The notes under the pieces were generated by a model. That model worked only from the letters and a program-made list of their open reading frames with translations, did no database searches and was not told where the DNA came from. Below, piece after piece: positions 13,801 through 24,266 of a stretch of 64,000 bases of DNA. The stretch comes from Schmidtea nova (taxonomy: Eukaryota), in NCBI GenBank assembly GCA_044892505.1, contig CM097882.1, positions 542,996,001-543,060,000 of the forward strand. The letters run 5' to 3'. Numbering within the stretch: the first letter of the stretch is position 1; every line of letters begins with the position of its first letter. The position numbers and the translations under genes are program-made.

Positions 13801-16800
13801 ACCAATGATAGCACCCACATCAGGTGACAAAAATAACACATTCTGGGTGCACAGCAATAACATAGATTTTTTAATAGACACCGGCTCGGTGATCTCACTA
13901 CTGCCCCATTCTATGTATAAAAGTGCCAACAAAACAGAAAAACCATTAACAGCAGCTAACGGCACAAACATCAAAACCTTCGGGCAACAAAAAATAAATA
14001 TAAATATAAACAAAAAAATTTACAACTGGACATTCACAATAGCTGAGGTCCAACAAGCGATAATAGGAGCAGACTTCCTAACAAATTACAACCTCCTAGT
14101 GGATTGTAAAAACAAACAAATAATAGAAAATAATACTAATACTACAACACCACAGCACAACACAAACAATGGAGGAATGCCAAAAATAGACATCGGTGTG
14201 ATCCAAACGGATACACCTAACAATAGACAAAAACAAAAACCGAATCACGACCCAGAAATAAATAAACTACTGGGAAAATTCGAAAAAATCACCGAACCAG
14301 TAACTTTCGACAAAAACGCGGATCACTCCACCGAACATGCAATCATAACAAACGGAAACCCGGTGCATGCAAAGGTGAGACAACTAGATCCACAAAAAAC
14401 AAAAATTACGAACGAAATTTTCAAGGAGTTACTAGAAAACAAAATAGTAACTCACTCGAACTCTGATTGGTCCTCAGCACTCATGCTCAAACAAAAGGCA
14501 AACGGAGAATGGAGAGCTTGTGGAGACTACCGAATGCTCAACAAAATCACGGAACCAGACAACTATCCACTGCCTATCATCAGAGACATAATAAACAGAT
14601 TAAAAGGAGCTAAACTCTTCTCAAAAATTGATCTACAGAAGGCTTACCATCAAATACCCATCAGGAACGAGGATATTAAAAAAAACAGCAATCGTAACAC
14701 CAATCGGCATGTTCGAGTACAACAGAATGCCATTTGGTTTGCGAAACGCAGCTGCAACATTCCAACGTTTTATGGACAAGACGCTGAAAAACAACCAGAA
14801 CACAATAGCTTATTTGGACGACATCCTCATAGCAAGCCCAAACAAATCTACTCACTTAAAAGACATCGAAAAGGTGTTTGAAACGTTGAACTCCGCAAAT
14901 CTCAAAATAAACATTCAAAAATGCGAATTTTTATAAAAAAAATGATTAATTTTCTGGGACACACACTGGATGAAAAAGGCACGAAACCAATAGACAAGAA
15001 AATAAGCACGATACAAGAGTTCAAATTACCGAACACAAATAGAGAGCTAAGACGATTCTTAGGGATGGTAAACTTTTACCACGCGTACATCCCTAACTGT
15101 AGTGAATTGTTAGCTCCATTAAACGACCTGATCAAGACAAGAAGAAACATTAAAATAAACTGGACAGAACAAACTACCAAACAGTTCGAAAAAGCAAAAA
15201 CAAGCTTATCCCGAGCAACATTACTCGGATATCCAAATCCAGAACTGGACTACAACCTAGCAACAGACTGCTCTGGATATGCAATGGGCGCAACCTTATA
15301 CCAAGATAATGAATACGGCAAACAGCCAATCGGGTTTTTCTCAAAAAAACTAAAGATACATCAAACACGATACTCAACGTTTGATCGAGAACTACTCGCG
15401 ATACATGAAGCCATCAAACACTTCCAGCACTTACTAGAAGCAAGAAATTTCAAAATATATACGGACCACAAACCGTTAACAAACGCGATACAAATGAAAA
15501 ACCCATCGCCACGATAAATAAGACAATTAAATTACATATCACAATTTAATTGCACAATTAACTATGTCGCTGGCGCCGCAAACATCGCAGCAGATACTCT
15601 GTCAAGAATAGAAACAGACGTAAACGCACTAGAATTTGGCGAACTATTCGAAATCGAAAAAATTAAAAACAAACAACCAGAAACTTTAAAAGAACTTCCG
15701 CTAAAACACAGCCTGAAATTAGAAAAAATCATTGAAGTTGTGTACGACGTCAGCAACGAAAACACACCAAGAATACTCTTACCAAAAGAGTTTAGGAAAT
15801 CGTGTATTTCGAAAATTCATGACATCAGCCATCCAGGTAACAAAGCCACTTTCGAAATAATTCACAACAGATACATATGGCCAAATATGAGAAAGGAAAT
15901 CAAAAGTTTCATAAAAACATGCAAAGATTGCCAAATCAACAAAATATCAAAGAAACCAACAACACAAAAAGTAAACTTCCCAAGCAGTCAACCTTTCGAG
16001 ATGATTCACATCGACATAGTAGGACCGTTACCACCAAACAACGGGTACAACTACCTACTCACAATCATCGATAGGAAAACTAACTGGTTCGAAATCATCC
16101 CACTAAAGGAAACATCCGCCCAGAACATATGCAACAAGCTCGAATTAAATTGGATAGCCCGCTACGGTCAACCAAAAGTATTGATAACAGACCAAGGGAG
16201 ACAGTTCGAATCAGAATTATTCAGTACTCTGTGCAATAGATACAACATAAAAAGAAACCGCACAACAGCTTACAACCCTCAAGCAAATGGAAAAATCGAA
16301 AGATTGCACAGAACACTAAAAGAATGTATCCGAACTAAAGCAAACGACAGAAATTGGCTAAGTCAACTCCCCACAATCTTACTGGGACTAAGAAAAACGC
16401 CAAACTCAACCGACAACGAAAGCCCAGCATACAAAGTATTCGGCAGAGAATCAAATCTCCCAACAATTAAAAACAATACAACCGAAATCACGGAAACCAA
16501 CAAACAAGCAACCAAAACAAACAACGAAAGAGCAGAAAAGCAATTAAAAGGAATCCTAAAAAAGAGAGCCAACTCCGAAATGGACGGAAAAGTAGTGCTA
16601 ACAACAGAATACGTATTAATAAAAAAGCCCTTCACCAAAGGTTTCGAACCAAAATACGAAGGCCCTTTCAGATTGCTTGAAATTAATAAAAATGTCGCAA
16701 CAATAATAAAAGACAACACCAAAATAAGAATCAATCTTAGAAGAATTAAGCCATACCACAACAACCAAAACACTCCAAACAACCCCACAAAAGAAAAAGC

Positions 16801-18287
16801 CCCGACACAAACAAAAACACAAACAAAACATAAACACATCACATTCAACTCCAACAACTCGATAAAACTGTTCGACAAGGACACCATAATCACACCCCTT
16901 TACAAAAAACGCTATAGCGATTGCCTCAAATAAAAAATACACAAACATACACGAGCAAAACACAAGCACAACACAGCAAAATGTACAGTTTTTATTTTTT
17001 CGTGTAAATATGTAAAAGTTACAAATTTTTATGCTCTATGTAATTATGTAATTTATGTGGTTAAATTGTAACCCAACAAAACAAAACAAAAAAAACAAAA
17101 CATAATAAAACAAAAAATGAATAAAAAGTTTTAAGTTACCGGTTGTATAAATATGTAAAATTCAAGTAATTTGTTAATTTTTATTGTCTTGTTAACCTCC
17201 GGTTTTAAAGGGGGAAGTTATGTGGATGTCTCATTTTATGGTTAATTTTATGTTATTACTCGTTTAAGAGGTTTTAAGCGCCGTCATTACTATGGATGAT
17301 GCCCTAGCGGTCATCAGGAACCCCCCTTATGTTTTTTTATGTCAAAATAATAAAATAATTAAATAATTCAAATAAATTTCGAATTATGAAATTTAAATAG
17401 CTTACTATAGGAAACTATAGTAAGCTAATTTCAAAATAGAAAAAATTGATTAAAAAAATTTAAAAAGACTGAATAAGTTAACAAACCAAATAATTAAAAG
17501 AAGCTAGAAAAAAAGAAACTTATCAAGATAAGCTATCAAAAGATATTATTCCAGGAAATATATTATCCCTGTGCTAACCCACTATTATCCAGTACATCTC
17601 TGTGACATTCAGTTCCATATTGTTCAAGTTTTAGTATTATCCAACTATAAATATAGTTCCGTATTGTTCAAATTTCAATATTATCCAACTATACATATAT
17701 TTCTGTATTGTTCAATTTTCAATATTCCCCCAATTATATATTTTTCCGTATTGATCAAGTTCCAATATTAGCCAACTATACATATATTTCTGTATTGTTC
17801 AATTTCCAATATTACCCAACTATACATATAGTTCCGAATTGTTCAAGTTTCGATATTATCCAACTATACATATAGTTCTGTATTGTTCAATTGTCATTAT
17901 TATCCAACTATACGTATAGTCCCGTATTATTCAAGTTTCAATATTATTCAACTATACATATAGTTCTGCTTTATCCAGTGTTATTCCCAGTGTTACCACA
18001 CACACAATAATTTAATACTCAACCGTATTATCGAGGCAAAAGCCAAGTAACATTTATTTAGTTTTTCGAGTTATTTTCTTAATAAAACTTGTTCAGTTAA
18101 TAGAGTTTTTTCTTAGTTTTTCGATATTTTATATTCTGTACTTGTACCTATTAATCCACTCAATCAATTACACAACAAACACCCCGAGTGTCCCAACAAT
18201 TAATAGGTGACTCTCTCGGGATCTACAATTCTTCTCTACACCACACGTACAGTAATCAAAAACTCAATTAGAATAGTGTATAGAACC

Positions 18288-18330
<43 letters not shown>

Positions 18331-21300
18331 ATTTTGTTGTTATTTTTATTATTTTAATTATCGTTATCATTATTAATATGGTCGGCGCTTTTATTATCGT
18401 TAGCGTCCTTGTTGATGACTTTTTCCCCCCTTTTTATTTACTTTGTAATAATAATTAAAGAAAATTAAAAATTAAAATTGAAAAGTTAAAAAAGAAATCA
18501 ATGACAATTGATAATACAAAAAAAAACTATGGAAATTAAATAACTATCACAGATCCAAAAAATTAAACAGACAATTCAAAACTAAATTAGCAAAATTAAC
18601 TATGACAATTTGGAAAACACTACAGCGGCAATAAGACGAAGACTATTTCAAAATTAACGAATTTTATAACTAAAGAAACAAATAAAGCAACAATTAGAAA
18701 ACAATAAAACGAAGACAATTAAAATTAACGAATTTACGTGAGTACTAGTTATAGATTGTTAGGGATATTTAATTAACTAATTTATAAATAACATATATTG
18801 TATTAAAAGTAATCAATTTTATTATATAGTCAAATTATTATAAGTATAAATGCTGGCACGCATAATTGTCATTATTATTTAATTGATTAATTCGCCATTT
18901 TAAATTTGTTCGAATAAGACAAATTATTAGGGAAGCACTTTTTATTTGAATATAATTTAACAACAACAAATCTTTAATTATTAACATGGCGACCCTGACA
19001 ATGATCAATAAAATGATCCCAGATATTTAGGACGGCAGCGTCGATGTAGAAATATTTATTGGAGAATGCAAGAGATACTTCCAATTATGTGGACTAGAAT
19101 AGTCCAGCCAAAATATAATGATCAAATGTTTGATCGCAAGAGAATTGTTACCAATGTATGAAGCAATAGAAGAAAATGAAACTTGCTTTGAAGACAGATT
19201 GAAAAAGGCTTTCAGGAAACCAACGACGTTGATAGGGGATTTTTTAACCCTATGCAATTACGAAAAAAACGAGGATACTGCCCCAGTATATTTTGAAAAA
19301 ATAGAAAAGATGGTTGACCAAGTTCTAAAACACAAATGGGACAAGAAAGAATTGATGTCATATTTTTTGGTCCATTGTATCAAAGACAAAGATACACAGA
19401 AAGAAATAAAGATGAGAGATGCGATAAGCGTCGAAGAAATAAAAGGAGTGATAAAGAAGGTTGATGATATAAATATTGAAGTGTCGGGAATTTCAGTTTT
19501 AAATAGAAGGAAAGAAACATTTGCGAATATTGTCAAAGCAAGACAGGGATTTGCCGATAGACAGAACCAAAGCCGAAATTTTACAAAAACAGAAAGGATT
19601 GAACAAAGATATGATTCAAGACCGATGATAAAAGCAGATAACAACCAGAATAACTTCCAACAAAGAGAAATGCCTGCTAGAAACAGACCAGTTATTACAT
19701 GTTGGAATTGCCAGGAAGTGGGTCATATGAGTCGAGAATGTCGGAAACCAAGGATTCAGAAATGCTTCCAATGTGGAAAAGAAGGGCACAAATCCAGAGA
19801 GTGCAATCAGAGAGCATCGAATACAGAGATGAGATGTTTCGCGTGTAAAGATATCGGACATAATAGAAGAGAATGTCCATCAATATCTTGCTCAGGATGC
19901 GGTAGAAGAGGCCATTTGCGATTTCAATGCTGGAACCAGACAGACAGAAGAAGATACGCAGACGAGCGTGGACCACAGAGACGAACACAGGTAGCCACTT
20001 TTCAGACCGATCAAGCCGAAAATTATGGAAAAAAATCATGTCAAGACGAAGACTACCCAAACGGAGAAGCTCCATTTTTGGGCGAGATGATCGGAGCAAT
20101 GAATTAATGGGTAATAATGATGATTGTGTATCCCAGTATAAATGTATAAGTAGATATAAATATATTAATAATATTAATAATAAAGTGAATAGTATAATTC
20201 CTTTTGTAAATAATTTAAATAATATAAAGAATAGCAATAATAACGTGAATAGTTTAAGTCCTTTAGTAGATAATTTAAATAAAGTAAATAATAAAATTTT
20301 GGATGAGAATAATGAAATTGTAAATAACGTTGGTAGTAAAGCTGTGGGAATCATCGATATAGTTGAAAAAAATAATGAACTGAAAACAAATTTTAAAAAA
20401 TGTGAATCAATGTTATGTAATAAAATATTTTAAAAATAAAAAGTCAATAAAAAATAAATTTACGGTTATTGATGATGCAATTATTTTAAATGTGCGGAAT
20501 GACAATCAGTTTAATATTGATGACGATAATAAAAATGAGTATGCGGAAATAATTGTACCCAAATTTTATCGATAGATTTTTAAAGAAAAAAATATGATTT
20601 ATGTACATAATGAAAAAGATAGAATATTTGATACATGTGATTGTAAAATACAAAATTGAAATGAAACATATTCTAAGAAGGATCAGTATAATATTGTTTA
20701 TGATAAAATGGGTGGACGTCCAAGTGTATTAATAGGCATAAATAATTATTTTGAGAATTGTTTGTTGGATACAGGGGCAAGAATGAATGTGATGGATAGT
20801 TCTATTATAAAAGAGATAGGAAATCCGATTTTAAATGAACAGGGTGACAAAATTTGGTGCGCAAATGGCAGTCCATTAAAAACTTTGGGAAGGATCAAAG
20901 TTAAAATAAATCTAGGAAATAGAGAAGAAAATATTGTTTTTGTAGTAGTTGAAAATCTATCTCCATCGATAATAGGAGAAATCGATTTATTACGTAGATT
21001 TTTCATAAAATTAGTGAAAGTTACAGAAAATAAAAGCAAAATTGCAACCGAATATAATGATAATATAGAAATATGTAACATTGAAGCCAAATTTGGGAAA
21101 AGAATGAGCGATGAACTTCGATTTAAAAGAACAATCGAATTAATAGGATCAAGTTGTGACAATAAGCTTTGTGGAGTAATTAAAAGAAATGCCGAAGTAT
21201 TTATGATAGATAAGTGGGATATCGGCAAAACCAATCTATTAAAGCATGACATCAAGACTGTTGAGGGACCAATCCATTTGAACCCAAGAAGACAACCAGC

Positions 21301-24222
21301 CCACCTAGAAGAAAAGATTGAAGAAGCTATTAAAAATTTGGAAGAAAATGGCATAATTAGGAAGTGTGACTCACCGTGGAATACACCATTAGTATGTGCC
21401 TGGAAGAAGGAAAAAATGATATTCGATTGTGTTTAGATTTTAGAAGTCTAAATAAAATGACGGAAAGGCAAATTTTCCCAATGCCTAATTTCGAACAGAT
21501 GTTAGATTCATTAAACGGATCAATGTTCTTTAGCACCATTGATCTAGGAAGCGCGTATTATCAGGTTGAATTGACAATAAATTCGCAAGTAAAGACAGCA
21601 TTCTCAACAAGATCGGGACAGTCTTGTTTTAATAGGATACCTTTCGGAATTGCGGCGGCTCCAGCTACATTCCACAAATTTAATGAATATGGTTTTAGGA
21701 AAATTATTATGGAAAATTGCGATAGTATATTTAGATGATATTTTAATATCCTCAAAAGACAAAGAAGATCATATAACAAGAATAAATGAAGTATTAGAAA
21801 AAATAAAAGAAGCAGGTTTAAAAATAAATCCTGAAAATTGTAAATTTTTGGTGAAGGAGACTAAATTTCTTGGTCACATTATAAATGGTGAAGGTGTTAA
21901 AGTTGATGAAGCTAAAATCGAAGCAATAAAAGGGTTTCAAAGACCAAAATGTTTAAAACAATTAAGGAGTTTCTTAGGACTATGTAATTATTACAGAAAA
22001 TTTATAAAGAATTATTCAAAATTTGCACGAATATTAGAATCGATGTGTGTAAACAATAAAGACAAATTAGTTTGGTCACAAGAATGTGAAGAAAGTTTTG
22101 AGGAATTGAAGAAAGCATTAGCAACTACACCTGTTCTAATATATCCTGATTATAAGAATTTATTCTGGATACAGATGCTAGTTTCGACACCATAGGAGCT
22201 GTTCTGTCACAAATCGATGATTTAGGTAATGAACGTGTTATTGCCTATGGTTCACATACAATGAGTAAACATGAAATAGGATATTGTATCACGAGAAAGG
22301 AACTTCTAGCAATTTATTACTTTGCATAGCATTTTAAGCATTATCTTTACGGAAAGCGATTCCAGCTAAGAACGGACCACAAAGCTATAATATTTATGAT
22401 GACAACTAAAAAGCCTATAACAGCACAATTTTAGACATGGATAAACTTCTTGAGTAGTTTAGATATGGATATTAAATATCGAAAAGGAACGTACCATTCG
22501 AACGCTGATGCGTTATCGAGAGATAAATGTTGGAGATGTACTCAGTGTATGGAAATTCATGAAGATCCAAAACCAGAAAAAGTAAAAACCAGATTGTTGG
22601 CATTGACAGCTACTAAACAAGGATTTCAATGGCAAAAAGGTAATGAAGAGATAGAACTTATGAGAAAAACAATTAATAAAAATGAGACTACAAGATTTAA
22701 AATCGACGAAGATTTAATTTTAACAAGAGAAAATAAAATTTGGATTCCAAAAGAAAATAGAATTGAATTTGTGAAAAGCATGCACAAAATGTCGTGTCAT
22801 GCTGGGTTTAAGAAGGTAATCGATTATATTAAAGTTAATTACGATATGGAAGAATTGAATACAATCGCGACTTAATATATACAAAGTTGTGAAATATGCC
22901 AGAAAAGAATAACTTTGACAACAAAAACAAAAGAAATAATTGTAAAAACAGAAGTTGTGGAACCTTTTGAAGTTATAGTGATAGATTTTTATGGACCTTT
23001 ACAGACGAACATTCGTGGAAAAAATTATATTTTGGGAATTATTGACAGGTGTAGTCGATACATTTCGTTAACAGCAGTTGCAAAACAAGATGAAAAAACT
23101 ACAGTGGATATTATTATGAAATTCTGGATATTAAAATATGGGGCACCTAGAATTATTCAAGTTGATCGTGGCAAAACATTTGAGTCTATCTTGATAAAAG
23201 AGTTGACAAAGAATCACAATATACAGCTACAATTATTGAGCCCATATCATCATAATACTAATGGTTGATTGAAAGACAATTTCGAACAATACGAGATTTT
23301 ATCAGTACGTCATTAAAAGACAAACTTAAGAGGAATCGGGTTGAACTATTACCTGAAATCGAATTTACTTTAAATGCAACTATTTAAAGCACAATTGGAA
23401 AGAGCCCCTCAGAAGCAGTATTTGGTTTCCGGATATCTAGAGAATGGAACAATAATAATAAAAGATACAACGATAGAAGTAAAATAGTGGACGAAATACA
23501 ATCAAAACAAATAAATTTAAGTTATAAAAATGAGAACCGGATACACCGAAAATTTGATATAAATGAAGAAGTTTTGGTTAAAGTAGATGTGAGAAAAAAA
23601 GAGGAAGACCGATATATCGGACCTTTTACAGTTGTTAGAAAGATACATGAGAATAGCTTTGAATTACGAGACAGAAATGGAAAAATGATGGTCCGCAACG
23701 TTGAATGGCTAAAACCTTTTAAACAGGGGGGATGCTAGGGATATTTAATTAACTAATTTATAAATAACATATATTGTATTATATGTAATCAATTTTATTA
23801 TATAGTCAAATTATTATAAGTATAAATGCTGGCACGCATAATTGTCGTTATTATTTAATTGATTAATTCACCATTTTAAATTTGTTCGAATAAGACAAAT
23901 TATTACGGAAGCAGTTTTTATTTGAATATAATTTAACAACAACAAATCCTTAATTATTAACATAGATTATTTCATTTTATTTAATAAAAGTTTGTTTTCG
24001 GAACGTTATTTTTGTTGTTGCAATCTTTTATTCGTATAATCTTGTCAATACAATTAATACATACACACGCACGCAAGTACACAAATACATAACACGCACC
24101 CCAGCTGTCCCAAGACAGTTTTTTTACCGGTGACCCGGCTGGGCTCAACATCCTCTTCCACAATTCACATCATCAACACAAATACTAATTGGAACAAAAT
24201 AAATAACCCTCCATCGACTTTT

Positions 24223-24266
<44 letters not shown>

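Larger units (their letters stand above)
11427..18293 (+). mobile_element. Gypsy-A: young near-full-length Ty3/Gypsy (CsRN1-like, CHCC gag) LTR retrotransposon in intron 1 of the TIR gene
   Basis: ~1.07-kb LTRs (11427-12474 visible; 17221-18293) differing at only a handful of sites; PBS, PPT; gag-pro-RT-RH-IN order. Confidence 0.95.
18757..23962 (+). mobile_element. Gypsy-B: full-length decayed Ty3/Gypsy element
   Basis: 230-bp TG...CA LTRs (18757-18986, 23733-23962, roughly 8-9 differences); perfect 5-bp TSD TAGAT; PBS TGGCGACCCTGAC at 18987; PPT AAACAGGGGGGA. Confidence 0.93.
18335..24225 (+). mobile_element. Probable solo LTR (related to Gypsy-A/D LTRs) split by Gypsy-B
   Basis: TGTTG...TTACA ends with possible TSD AATTT/AATAT; same architecture and CACCCC motif as the 35193 LTR; boundaries uncertain. 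Confidence 0.45.

Noticed and set aside
14680-14945. Extra pol frameshifts as programmed recoding
   Set aside because: They fall inside RT in plain poly-A runs; mutation or assembly error is more likely
19695-20354. Long antisense ORFs over gag/pol (e.g. 19695-20354, 20746-21354, 16363-16893, 38028-38513)
   Set aside because: Expected shadows of A-rich coding strands; Leu/Phe/Ser-rich with no motifs
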